The notes beneath the pieces were generated by a model. That model did not search any database, was not told the origin of the DNA, and worked only from the letters and a program-made list of their open reading frames with translations. A stretch of DNA of 64,000 nt from Bacteroidales bacterium (lineage in GTDB: Bacteria > Bacteroidota > Bacteroidia > Bacteroidales > AUK083): NCBI GenBank assembly GCA_021158345.1, contig JAGGUV010000093.1, positions 57-64,056 on the forward strand, in the 5' to 3' direction. The position numbers and the translations under genes were made by a program. The number at the start of each line of letters is the position of its first letter. The first letter of the stretch is position 1. Shown in pieces: positions 37,316 through 46,441 of the stretch.

Positions 37316-37443
37316 CCTTATATCCGCAAACTAAATCTTATGCAAAGCCGGACTGCACGCCATTGTTGTATATGCTCGCTCAGACCTTTCAAGGGCTAAG
37401 TCTGCGATGTTCTACACTGTGCAACGCCAACACTGACGTACAT
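37316..37443 (+). repeat. GC-enriched intergenic module, copy 1 (paralogue at 50272-50408)
   Basis: Ungapped 71-nt arm (53/71 identical) and 48-nt arm (35/48 identical) shared with the second locus, in the same orientation. Confidence 0.7.
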
Positions 37444-37544
37444 TAAAAATTTCGCCACGAAGTAATTTGCAGATTTAAAGTATAAATATTTTTTGACAAA
37501 GATAATAATAATATTTTTTCTTTGGATATACACACAAATTAAAA

Positions 37545-37552
37545 TACTTTTG
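37545..37552 (+). promoter_or_regulatory. -7 box (TAnnTTTG) for the Wbp-like sugar operon
   Basis: TACTTTTG lies 21 nt upstream of the ATG at 37573. Confidence 0.4.
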
Positions 37553-37572
37553 TACAGTTAAAATAATTTTGT

Positions 37573-38703
37573 ATGAAAGAGATAAGAATGGTTGACTTAA
37601 AAAGTCAATATGAGCATATCAAAGAAGAAATAAATAATTCAATATTTGAAGTAATTGACTCCACAGCATTCATTAATGGACCTGCAGTAAAAAAATTTCA
37701 AAAAAATCTTGAGGAATATTTAAATGTAAAACATGTAATCACTTGTGGAAATGGCACTGACGCATTGCAAGTGTCAATGATGGCTTTAGGATTAAAACCC
37801 GGTGATGAAGTTATCACAACAACATTTACGTTTATTGCCACTGCTGAAGTTATTGCGATTTTGGGTTTAACACCTGTTTTGGTTGATATTGACAAAGACA
37901 CTTTTAACATTGACCCAAAAGCTATTGAGAAAGCTATTACTCCAAAAACAAAAGCAATAGTTCCGGTTCATTTATTCGGTCAGTGTGCTGACATGGAAAA
38001 AATTCAGGAAATAGCCAGAAAATATAATTTATATGTTATTGAAGATGCATGCCAGGCAATAGGAGCAGATTATATTTTTAATGATGGCACAAAAAAGAAA
38101 GCAGGGGCAATAGGTAATATAGGCTGTACATCTTTTTTCCCATCAAAAAATCTTGGCGCTTATGGCGATGGAGGTGCTATCTTTACTAATGACGATAAAT
38201 TAGCGGAAAAACTTAGTGCTTTTGTTAACCATGGTATGACTGTAAGATATTATCACGACTATATCGGAGTTAACTCACGTTTAGACAGCATCCAAGCAGC
38301 TATACTTAATGTTAAATTAAAACATTTAGATTATTACTGTGCTGAAAGAAACAGAGCAGCAAATTATTATAATAATGCTTTTGCAAATAATACAAAAATT
38401 AAAACCCCTGTAAAAGCTGCTTTTACAACTCATGTTTTTCATCAATACACACTATTATTGAAAAATGTTGACCGCAAAGCATTGATACAACATTTAAATT
38501 CAAAAGGAATCCCTGCTATGATATATTATCCGGTTCCTCTTCATATGCAAAAAGCATATATTGACCCAAGATATAAAAATGGAGATTTCCCTGTTGCTGA
38601 AGAAATTTGTAAATCTGTTGTCTCTCTGCCAATGCATACAGAGCTTGATAATGAACAGCTAAAATATATTACTGATTCAGTTCTTGAATTTATTAATAAA
38701 TAA
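37573..38703 (+). CDS. DegT/DnrJ/EryC1-family sugar aminotransferase (WbpE-like)
   Basis: 376 aa with ...CGNGTDAL... and ...SFFPSKNLGAYGDGGA... Followed by WbpD-like and WbpB-like genes. Confidence 0.88.
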   Translation: MKEIRMVDLKSQYEHIKEEINNSIFEVIDSTAFINGPAVKKFQKNLEEYLNVKHVITCGNGTDALQVSMMALGLKPGDEVITTTFTFIATAEVIAILGLTPVLVDIDKDTFNIDPKAIEKAITPKTKAIVPVHLFGQCADMEKIQEIARKYNLYVIEDACQAIGADYIFNDGTKKKAGAIGNIGCTSFFPSKNLGAYGDGGAIFTNDDKLAEKLSAFVNHGMTVRYYHDYIGVNSRLDSIQAAILNVKLKHLDYYCAERNRAANYYNNAFANNTKIKTPVKAAFTTHVFHQYTLLLKNVDRKALIQHLNSKGIPAMIYYPVPLHMQKAYIDPRYKNGDFPVAEEICKSVVSLPMHTELDNEQLKYITDSVLEFINK

Positions 38704-38709
38704 AATGTT

Positions 38710-39288
38710 ATGACACAAAAGGATTATTTTTGCCACGAAACTGCTATTATTGACAATGGTTGTGAAATTGGCAAGGGCACTAAAATATGGCATTTCTCAC
38801 ATATTATGTCAGGATGTAAAATCGGAGAATCATGTAATATTGGGCAAAATGTAGTTGTATCTCCAAATGTTGTTTTAGGAAAAAATGTTAAAGTACAAAA
38901 CAATGTATCAATATATACAGGCGTTATTTGTGAAGATGATGTTTTTCTTGGACCTTCAATGGTTTTCACTAATGTGATAAATCCAAGAAGTGCTGTTAAC
39001 AGACGAGGACAATATGCTAAAACCATTGTAAAAAAAGGAGCGACAATAGGAGCAAATTCAACAATAGTATGCGGACATAATATTGGGAGATATGCTTTTA
39101 TAGGAGCAGGTGCTGTTGTTACTAAAAATGTTCCCGATTATGCCTTGGTAATTGGTAATCCTGCAAAACAAACAGGCTGGATGAGTGAATACGGGCATAA
39201 ACTTAATTTTGATGAAAATAATATTGCTATTTGTCCTGAATCAAAAGAAAAATATATTTTAAAAAATAATACAGTAAAAAAAATATAA
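38710..39288 (+). CDS. left-handed beta-helix N-acetyltransferase (WbpD/WlbB-like)
   Basis: 192 aa with hexapeptide repeats. ...GPSMVFTNVINPRS... and ...GNPAKQTGWMSEYG... closely resemble WbpD/WlbB 3-N-acetyltransferases. Confidence 0.8.
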   Translation: MTQKDYFCHETAIIDNGCEIGKGTKIWHFSHIMSGCKIGESCNIGQNVVVSPNVVLGKNVKVQNNVSIYTGVICEDDVFLGPSMVFTNVINPRSAVNRRGQYAKTIVKKGATIGANSTIVCGHNIGRYAFIGAGAVVTKNVPDYALVIGNPAKQTGWMSEYGHKLNFDENNIAICPESKEKYILKNNTVKKI

Positions 39289-39292
39289 CCAA

Positions 39293-40339
39293 ATGGAATT
39301 AATTACTGATAAAGTAAAATTTGCTGTTGTAGGCTACGGGCATATTGGAAAACGTCATGCAGAGATGATAAATAGAAACCCCGAAGCTGAACTTGTTGCT
39401 GTCTGCGATATTAAACCAAAAGAAGACCTTGACATCGAAAAATACGATGTCCCTTTTTTCTCATCAATTGATGATTTACTTTCGTCTAACCTGGAATTTG
39501 ACGTTGTAAATATTTGTACTCCTAACGGTTTACATGCCGAGCATTCTATTAAGGCTTTGGAACACAAAAAAAATATTGTATGTGAAAAACCTCTTTCAAT
39601 AATAAAAGCTGATGCTGAAAAAATAATTTTTAAATCATTACAAGTATCAAAAAAAGTGTTCACTGTAATGCAAAACCGTTATTCTCCACCATCAATCTGG
39701 TTAAAAGATATTATTGAAAAGCAATTACTTGGCAATATATTTTTTGTTGAGTTAAACTGTTTCTGGAACAGAGATGAGAGATATTATAGCAAAGGAGACT
39801 GGCATGGAAATCAAAAACTTGACGGAGGCACACTTTATACACAATTTTCACACTTTATTGATATAATGTACTGGTTGTTTGGCGATATCACTAATATCAA
39901 AGGTAACTTTGCAGATTTTAGTCATAAAAATATTACAGACTTTGAGGATACAGGAGCAGTAAGTTTTAATTTTGTTAATGGTGGCGGTATGGGCTCTTTA
40001 AATTATTCCACATCTGTCTGGAATAATAATCTGGAAAGCAGCATTACAATTATTGGCTCAAAAGGTACTGTTAAAGTTGCAGGACAGTATATGAACGAAG
40101 TAGTTTATTGTAATATTAAAGATTATGAAATGCCTGTTTTGGAGGAAAGCAATCCCCCTAACGACTATGGCGATTATAAAGGCTCTGCTGCCAATCATTG
40201 TTATGTTATTCAAAATGTTATTGACACTCTTAAAGGCAAATCTTCTATTACTACAAATGCTTTGGAAGGTCTTAAAATTGTTGATATTATTGAAAGAATT
40301 TATTCATTAAGAGACAAAAAATTATTAACAAAAAAATAA
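39293..40339 (+). CDS. Gfo/Idh/MocA-family sugar oxidoreductase (WbpB-like)
   Basis: 348 aa with N-terminal Rossmann FAVVGYGHIGKRH and an EKP motif. Gene context with the aminotransferase and acetyltransferase supports the call. Confidence 0.75.
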   Translation: MELITDKVKFAVVGYGHIGKRHAEMINRNPEAELVAVCDIKPKEDLDIEKYDVPFFSSIDDLLSSNLEFDVVNICTPNGLHAEHSIKALEHKKNIVCEKPLSIIKADAEKIIFKSLQVSKKVFTVMQNRYSPPSIWLKDIIEKQLLGNIFFVELNCFWNRDERYYSKGDWHGNQKLDGGTLYTQFSHFIDIMYWLFGDITNIKGNFADFSHKNITDFEDTGAVSFNFVNGGGMGSLNYSTSVWNNNLESSITIIGSKGTVKVAGQYMNEVVYCNIKDYEMPVLEESNPPNDYGDYKGSAANHCYVIQNVIDTLKGKSSITTNALEGLKIVDIIERIYSLRDKKLLTKK

Positions 40340-40383
40340 TTATCTTTATAAAAATATTTGAAATAAATAGGGGAAATAATAAA

Positions 40384-40421
40384 ATTTTAGAATTTAGATT
40401 TAATTTGGGCAAGCAAGGGAA
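40384..40421 (+). repeat. short intergenic repeat R1 (uninterrupted form of 41501-41591)
   Basis: ATTTTAGAATTTAGATTTAATTTGG+GCAAGCAAGGGAA, just upstream of the galE ATG. Confidence 0.6.
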
Positions 40422-40440
40422 ACAATTAAAAAATAAATAT

Positions 40441-41469
40441 ATGAAAATATTAGTAACAGGTGGCACAGGATATATAGGCTCTCATACAGTTGTTGAACTA
40501 CAAAATAAAGGTTATGATGTAATAATTGCAGATAATCTCTCAAATTCTCATATTGATGTTGTTGACTCAATAGAAAAAATAACAGGTAAAAGACCTGAAT
40601 TTATAAAACTGGATTTTAGCGAAACTGAAAACACGTATAAATTTTTTGAGAGTAATAAAGACATAGCAGCAATAATACATTTTGCAGCATACAAAGCTGT
40701 TGGTGAATCAGTTGAAAAACCTTTGAAATATTATAGAAACAACCTTTTCTCTTTGATAAACATTCTTAATTGTATGAAAGAATTTAATATCAGAAACATT
40801 GTTTTTTCATCTTCATGCACTGTTTACGGGCAACCTGACAAATTACCTGTTTCAGAAAATTCACCCATAAAAGAAGCTTTCAGTCCTTATGGCAATACAA
40901 AACAAATAGCAGAAGAAATAATACGAGATACCACTATCTCAACAAAAAATATTAATTCAATTGCATTAAGATATTTCAATCCCATAGGAGCACATGAAAC
41001 TGCTTTAATAGGTGAGTTACCTCTTGGAGTTCCAAATAATTTAATGCCATTTATTACTCAAACAGCTATTGGAAAACGTGAATTTTTAAGAGTATTTGGT
41101 AACGATTATAATACTCCTGACGGAACATGTATCAGGGATTATATCCATGTTGTTGATCTTGCACAGGCTCATTGTATAGCTGTTGACAGAATGTTGAATA
41201 ACAAAGGCAAGTCAAATTTTGAAATTTTTAATCTTGGAACAGGCAAGGGCTATTCTGTTCTTGAGGTGATAAAATCTTTTGAAAAAGTATCGGGAGTAAA
41301 ATTAAAATATAAAATAGTAGAACGCAGACCTGGTGATGTTGAAAAAGTATGGGCTAATGCTGATTATGCTAATAATGAACTTGGATGGAAAGCCAAAAAG
41401 AGCCTTGATGAAATGACTTTATCAGCATGGAACTGGGAGAAAGCTTACAATAAAAAAAATAATCTTTAA
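40441..41469 (+). CDS. galE: UDP-glucose 4-epimerase
   Basis: 342 aa counted from the ATG at 40441 (MKILVTGGTGYIGSH). YGNTK catalytic motif. The upstream TTG start in the ORF track is unlikely. Confidence 0.92.
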   Translation: MKILVTGGTGYIGSHTVVELQNKGYDVIIADNLSNSHIDVVDSIEKITGKRPEFIKLDFSETENTYKFFESNKDIAAIIHFAAYKAVGESVEKPLKYYRNNLFSLINILNCMKEFNIRNIVFSSSCTVYGQPDKLPVSENSPIKEAFSPYGNTKQIAEEIIRDTTISTKNINSIALRYFNPIGAHETALIGELPLGVPNNLMPFITQTAIGKREFLRVFGNDYNTPDGTCIRDYIHVVDLAQAHCIAVDRMLNNKGKSNFEIFNLGTGKGYSVLEVIKSFEKVSGVKLKYKIVERRPGDVEKVWANADYANNELGWKAKKSLDEMTLSAWNWEKAYNKKNNL

Positions 41470-41500
41470 CTTATAAAACATTATAGATTTTAGATTTATG

Positions 41501-41591
41501 ATTTTAGATTTTAGATTTAATTTGGATACACCCTGTACATTTCACCTTTATACACTTTGCCACAGGGTAAATTACAGGGCAAGAAAGGGAA
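41501..41591 (+). repeat. short intergenic repeat R2, carrying a 53-nt hairpin-containing insertion
   Basis: Same flanks as R1 (26/27 and 12/13 nt identical), interrupted at 41526-41578 by ATACACCCTGTAC...CCACAGGGTAAATTACAGG. Confidence 0.6.
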
Positions 41592-41738
41592 TGATTATAT
41601 TTTAAAATTTGAAACCGGAAATTAGAAATTAGAAAAAAAATTCCTTTTAGTAGTATAATATCTGATTTTTTAATATTACTAATAAAATTTTTATAAGATA
41701 AGTACTTAATAATGAACTAACAACAAAAACATAAACAT

Positions 41739-42803
41739 ATGAAAAACTATAAAAAAATTATTCTTATCACAGGTGGCGCAGGTTTTATAGGCTCGCACGT
41801 TGTCAGACTTTTCGTAAACAAATATCCTGATTATAAAATTGTAAATTTAGATAAACTGACTTATGCAGGTAATCTTGCAAATTTAAAAGATATTGAGAAT
41901 AAATCTAATTATGAATTTGTAAAAGGCGATATTGTAGATGAAAATTTTATCACAGGATTATTTAAAAAATATTTATTTGACGGAATTATCCATCTCGCTG
42001 CTGAATCGCATGTTGATCGCTCAATTTCTCATCCAACTGAGTTTATCTATACTAATATTATTGGGACTGTAAACCTGTTGAATGCTGCTAAATTTATTTG
42101 GAAAGACAATTTTAAAGACAAACGCTTTTATCATATTTCTACAGATGAGGTTTATGGTTCACTCGGAGAAGAAGGGATTTTTACAGAAGAAACAAAATAT
42201 GATCCACATAGTCCATACTCTGCTTCCAAAGCCAGCTCCGACCATTTAGTAAGAGCTTATCACGATACTTTTAAATTACCTACAATAATTTCAAATTGTT
42301 CAAATAATTATGGTGGATATCAGTTTCCTGAAAAATTAATACCTCTTTGCATTAACAATATTAAACATAATAAACCTATTCCTGTATACGGAAAAGGCGA
42401 AAACATCAGAGACTGGCTATTTGTTAATGATCATGCTAATGCTATTGACCTTATTTTTCACAAAGGAAGAATTGCTGAAACTTATAATATTGGCGGCAAT
42501 AACGAATGGAAAAATATTGACCTGATAAAATTATTATGTCAGATAACGGATAAAAAATTAGGTCGTAAAACCGGCACCTCCGAAAAACTGATAACTTTTG
42601 TAAAAGACAGAGCAGGACATGACTTACGTTATGCTATTGACTCATCGAAACTACAAAAAGAATTAGGGTGGAAGCCATCAGTTAATTTTGCTCAAGGTTT
42701 AGAAAAAACCGTTGGCTGGTATCTCGAAAATGAAGAGTGGATGGAAAATATTACATCAGGTGATTATCAAAAATATTATAATGAGCAATATGTTAAAAGA
42801 TAA
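41739..42803 (+). CDS. rfbB: dTDP-glucose 4,6-dehydratase
   Basis: 354 aa with ILITGGAGFIGSH, ISTDEVYG, YSASK. Confidence 0.93.
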   Translation: MKNYKKIILITGGAGFIGSHVVRLFVNKYPDYKIVNLDKLTYAGNLANLKDIENKSNYEFVKGDIVDENFITGLFKKYLFDGIIHLAAESHVDRSISHPTEFIYTNIIGTVNLLNAAKFIWKDNFKDKRFYHISTDEVYGSLGEEGIFTEETKYDPHSPYSASKASSDHLVRAYHDTFKLPTIISNCSNNYGGYQFPEKLIPLCINNIKHNKPIPVYGKGENIRDWLFVNDHANAIDLIFHKGRIAETYNIGGNNEWKNIDLIKLLCQITDKKLGRKTGTSEKLITFVKDRAGHDLRYAIDSSKLQKELGWKPSVNFAQGLEKTVGWYLENEEWMENITSGDYQKYYNEQYVKR

Positions 42804-42811
42804 TTTTTTAA

Positions 42812-43546
42812 ATGAGCATCTTAAATAAAAAAAAACCCGGATTACCATATCTGTCAATTTTAAAAACAGATATGCACTCTCATCTAATACCAGGTATAGA
42901 TGACGGGTCAGGCTCTACAGATGAATCTCTTAATTTGATTTATACCCTGCATAAACTTGGTTTTTCAAAACTTATTATCACTCCACATATACAGGGAGAT
43001 TTTTTTAAAAATACTCCCGGGATAATACTTACAGGCCTGGATGCCTTAAGACAAGCTGTTGAAAAAGAAAAAATTCCAATAACTTTGGAAGCCGCTGCAG
43101 AATATCTTATTGACGATAAATTTATGGAAAAATATAAATCAGGGCGGTTATTAACATTTAATGATAATTTTTTGCTTGTAGAACTTTCTTTTTTTTCTCC
43201 TCCACCTAATCTTTATGAAATTATTTTCGACCTGCAAATAGATGGTTATAAAATAATCTTAGCTCATCCTGAAAGATATTCATACTGGCATAATAATTTT
43301 GACAGATACAAGGACTTAATTGACAGAGGTGTTTATCTGCAAATTAATATACCTTCATTAGGAGGTTATTATCAAAATTACGGAGTAATAAAAACAGCTA
43401 AAAAATTAATTGATAATAATATGGTTAGCTTTTTAGGCACTGACACACATAATATCAATTATCTTAATTCTATTGAAAAAGCTTTAAATGAAAAATATCT
43501 GAAAAAAATACTAAAGTCAAAAAAATTATTGAATTCTTCTTTATAA
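42812..43546 (+). CDS. PHP-domain protein-tyrosine phosphatase (CpsB/YwqE type)
   Basis: 244 aa with N-terminal DMHSHLIPGIDDG and ...ILAHPERY... motifs. Confidence 0.8.
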   Translation: MSILNKKKPGLPYLSILKTDMHSHLIPGIDDGSGSTDESLNLIYTLHKLGFSKLIITPHIQGDFFKNTPGIILTGLDALRQAVEKEKIPITLEAAAEYLIDDKFMEKYKSGRLLTFNDNFLLVELSFFSPPPNLYEIIFDLQIDGYKIILAHPERYSYWHNNFDRYKDLIDRGVYLQINIPSLGGYYQNYGVIKTAKKLIDNNMVSFLGTDTHNINYLNSIEKALNEKYLKKILKSKKLLNSSL

Positions 43547-43551
43547 AAAAC

Positions 43552-43581
43552 ACTTATTCAATGTTTAATAAGTATTTTTTT
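43552..43581. terminator. bidirectional rho-independent terminator
   Basis: Stem ACTTATT (43552-58) / AATAAGT (43567-73), T-run 43575-81, A-run 43545-50 on the other side. Lies between convergent 3' ends. Confidence 0.6.
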
Positions 43582-43622
43582 CAAATTCGATATTTTATCA
43601 TCAGAACTCAAGAAATAATAAT

Positions 43623-44513
43623 TTAGATTAAATCTTCGGTAGCGCTGTACGATTTAATATTTCTGTTAAATCTTTTCATTAGACCTTGCAGAACATTTCC
43701 CGGTCCAACTTCAACAAAAACTTCAGCACCATCACCAATCATATTATTCATCGTTTCAGTCCATCTGACAGGAGAAGTAAGCTGAGCGATCAAATTGCTT
43801 TTAATAATATCAGGATTTGCGACAGGTTGTCCTGTAACATTTTGATAGATAGAACATATTGGTTCTTTAAAAGGAGTAGATTCAATAGCTTTAGCGAGTT
43901 CAACTCTTGCAGGTTCCATGAGAGGAGAATGAAAAGCGCCACCAACTTTTAAAGGTATAGCTAATTTTGCACCGGCTTTTTTCAACTCGGGAATAGCAGT
44001 TTCAACACCTTTAACAGAGCCTGAAATTACAATTTGACCTTTTGTATTATAATTAGCAACTACAACAATATCATCAATAGAATCACAAATACCTTCCACA
44101 ATATCATCCTGCAAGCCCACAATAGCAGCCATTGTTGAAGGTTGATTTTCACAGGCTTTTTGCATAGCATAAGCTCTTTTGGATACTAAACGTAATCCAT
44201 CTTTAAAGCTCAAACTTTTATTTGCTACTAAAGCTGAAAACTCTCCAAGAGAATGCCCTGCTACCATATCAGGGTTAAATTTATCTTTTAAAACCTGTGA
44301 TAATATTACTGAATGTATAAATATTGCAGGCTGTGTTACTTTTGTTTGTTTTAAATCATCTTCAGTACCATTAAACATTACATCAGTAATACGAAAACCA
44401 AGTATTTCATTAGCTTTTTCAAATAAATCCTTTGCCAAAGGAAATTTTTCATATAAATCATTACCCATTCCAACAAATTGTGCTCCCTGACCAGGAAAAA
44501 TATAAGCTTTCAT
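43623..44513 (-). CDS. fabD: malonyl-CoA:ACP transacylase
   Basis: 296 aa with FPGQGAQ and GHSLGEFSAL. Confidence 0.93.
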   Translation of the reverse strand: MKAYIFPGQGAQFVGMGNDLYEKFPLAKDLFEKANEILGFRITDVMFNGTEDDLKQTKVTQPAIFIHSVILSQVLKDKFNPDMVAGHSLGEFSALVANKSLSFKDGLRLVSKRAYAMQKACENQPSTMAAIVGLQDDIVEGICDSIDDIVVVANYNTKGQIVISGSVKGVETAIPELKKAGAKLAIPLKVGGAFHSPLMEPARVELAKAIESTPFKEPICSIYQNVTGQPVANPDIIKSNLIAQLTSPVRWTETMNNMIGDGAEVFVEVGPGNVLQGLMKRFNRNIKSYSATEDLI

Positions 44514-44555
44514 TTCTAATTATTTTTTTAATTAATATTAAAAATATTTTTAATA

Positions 44556-45275
44556 TTATCTTCTATTTCCTAAAAAACGCAGCAAAAATAAAAATAAATT
44601 TATAAAATCAAGATATAAAGTAAATGCACTTAAAATAATTAATTTTTTATGCAATTCATTTTCATATCCTATTCCTGCTCCTATTTTTTTTAATTTTTGA
44701 ACATCATAAGCAGTAAGACCTGTAAATACAACAACTCCAATAAAGCTGATAACATATTCTAAAGAACTGCTATTCATAAAAAAATTGGCAATACTTGCTA
44801 TTATTATACCAATTAAACCCATAAACATTAATGAGCCGAATTTTGTTAAGTCAATTTTGGTTGTATAACCGGCTACAGCCATTACACCAAACATAAGAGA
44901 AGTAACAGCAAAAGTAGTATACACAGTGCTTGATGTGTAAACAAGCAGGATAAAACTCAGACTCATTCCCATTAATACTGAGAAAACACCATACAACAAC
45001 ATTAAAACATTTACAGAAAAACGCCTAAACCCAAAAGTCATTAATAAAGCAAAAATAAATGGCGAAAAAGCAACAAATATGCCTAAGCCGCTTAAACCGT
45101 TTTTGTTTATCAACATACCTATTAATTCAGGTGATGAGATAAAATAATATGCTGTAAAAGCTGTGATAGCTAATGCTAAACCCATCCATAAAAACACTTT
45201 TGACATAAAGGTCTTTTCAAGACTTACTTGTGAAAACTCTTCTTGTTTAGCTACATTATTATTTATTGAAAACAT
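44556..45275 (-). CDS. Bax inhibitor-1/YccA-family membrane protein
   Basis: 239 aa, about 7 TM helices, C-terminal ...FINLFLFLLRFLG... Confidence 0.75.
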   Translation of the reverse strand: MFSINNNVAKQEEFSQVSLEKTFMSKVFLWMGLALAITAFTAYYFISSPELIGMLINKNGLSGLGIFVAFSPFIFALLMTFGFRRFSVNVLMLLYGVFSVLMGMSLSFILLVYTSSTVYTTFAVTSLMFGVMAVAGYTTKIDLTKFGSLMFMGLIGIIIASIANFFMNSSSLEYVISFIGVVVFTGLTAYDVQKLKKIGAGIGYENELHKKLIILSAFTLYLDFINLFLFLLRFLGNRR

Positions 45276-45325
45276 AATTTAAGTATTATTTTAGAAAATT
45301 TTATTATAACTATTTTTTCTAAATC

Positions 45326-45949
45326 TTAGTGTAATTTTGCTCCGATAAGATTCATGAACTCGGCACGGGTTTTCTCGGATTTAAGGAATACTCCTGTAAA
45401 ATCAGAAGTAGTTGTAACAGAATTTTGTTTTTGCACTCCTCTGATTTGCATACATAAATGCTGGGCTTCAATAACTACAGCTACTCCGAGAGGGTCTAAT
45501 GCATTTTGGATACAGTTTTTAATTTGTGTTGTTAAACGCTCCTGAATTTGCAAACGTCTCGCAAAAACATCAACAACTCTCGGTATTTTACTCAATCCTA
45601 CAATATATTTATTAGGGATGTAAGCGATATGAGCTTTACCAATAAATGGCAACATATGATGCTCGCAAAGAGAATATAATTCTATATCCTTTACAATAAC
45701 CATTTGCTTATAATCTTCTCTAAATCGGGCAGTTAATAAAATTTCAGAAGGGTTAACATCATAACCCTGTGTTAAAAATTGTATTGCCTTAGCAACTCTC
45801 ATAGGTGTTTTCAGTAAACCTTCTCTTTCAGGGTTCTCTCCAATAATTTTTAATACTTCGAGATAATGCTCTGCAAGCAACGCACTTTTGTTATTATTAT
45901 AACTGTCAATTTTTCTGTAACCGTTAATATTATTATCTTGTTTTGTCAT
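45326..45949 (-). CDS. folE: GTP cyclohydrolase I
   Basis: 207 aa with ...[10 protein letters not shown]... and ...QIQERLT... Confidence 0.93.
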   Translation of the reverse strand: MTKQDNNINGYRKIDSYNNNKSALLAEHYLEVLKIIGENPEREGLLKTPMRVAKAIQFLTQGYDVNPSEILLTARFREDYKQMVIVKDIELYSLCEHHMLPFIGKAHIAYIPNKYIVGLSKIPRVVDVFARRLQIQERLTTQIKNCIQNALDPLGVAVVIEAQHLCMQIRGVQKQNSVTTTSDFTGVFLKSEKTRAEFMNLIGAKLH

Positions 45950-46030
45950 ATAACCGTTAAAAATAAATATCTATACTAAAATATTAATTTCAGCATAAAT
46001 AAAGTCTTGATTTTAAATTATTTGAAATAA

Positions 46031-46414
46031 TTAATTTTTCTTTTCCTGCATTTTAATAACGGAACCATTATTAACATCATCCATATTACAAGAGCCTGAA
46101 AAATTAGCTCCCGGTTCTATTGCAATTTTATTTGTATATACTTCACCTGAAAATTTTGAGCTGGATTTTAATGTCAAAAGTTCAGCTACAGTAATTTTAG
46201 CTTTTATAACGCCCGAAATATCAGCATTTTTACATTTTATTTCGCCTTCGATACTTCCTGATTCGCCTACAATAATTTTACCTTTTGTTATGATAGTGCC
46301 AATTAATGCACCGTCAACTCTAAAATCACCATTAGTGTTTATATCGCCTTTAATTTTTGTACCTACTCCTAATAAATTTACTGATGAAGGCTCAGTTTCT
46401 TTAACTTTTCCCAT
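46031..46414 (-). CDS. bactofilin-family cytoskeletal protein
   Basis: 127 aa with repetitive beta-helical pattern (...IKGDINTNGDFRVDGALIGTI...GSIEGEIKCKNADISGVIKAKI...). Confidence 0.8.
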   Translation of the reverse strand: MGKVKETEPSSVNLLGVGTKIKGDINTNGDFRVDGALIGTIITKGKIIVGESGSIEGEIKCKNADISGVIKAKITVAELLTLKSSSKFSGEVYTNKIAIEPGANFSGSCNMDDVNNGSVIKMQEKKN

Positions 46415-46441
46415 AATATATTCTTTATAAAATTAAATAAT

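Noticed and set aside
37338-37443. Mini-ORFs in the shared intergenic module that appear frame-conserved between the two copies (plus strand M-Q-S-R-T-A-R-H-C-C-I-C...; minus strand M-Y-V-S-V-G-V-A-Q...)
   Set aside because: The apparent frame conservation follows simply from the arms aligning without gaps. Copy 2 lacks an ATG in both frames (ATA at the aligned position, with stops just upstream). Substitutions show no synonymous bias.
41481-41520. Tandem TAGATTT(T) units as a possible CRISPR or satellite array
   Set aside because: There are only about five 7-8-nt units with no spacers and no cas genes. This is simple low-complexity repetition forming the left half of the R1/R2 repeat.
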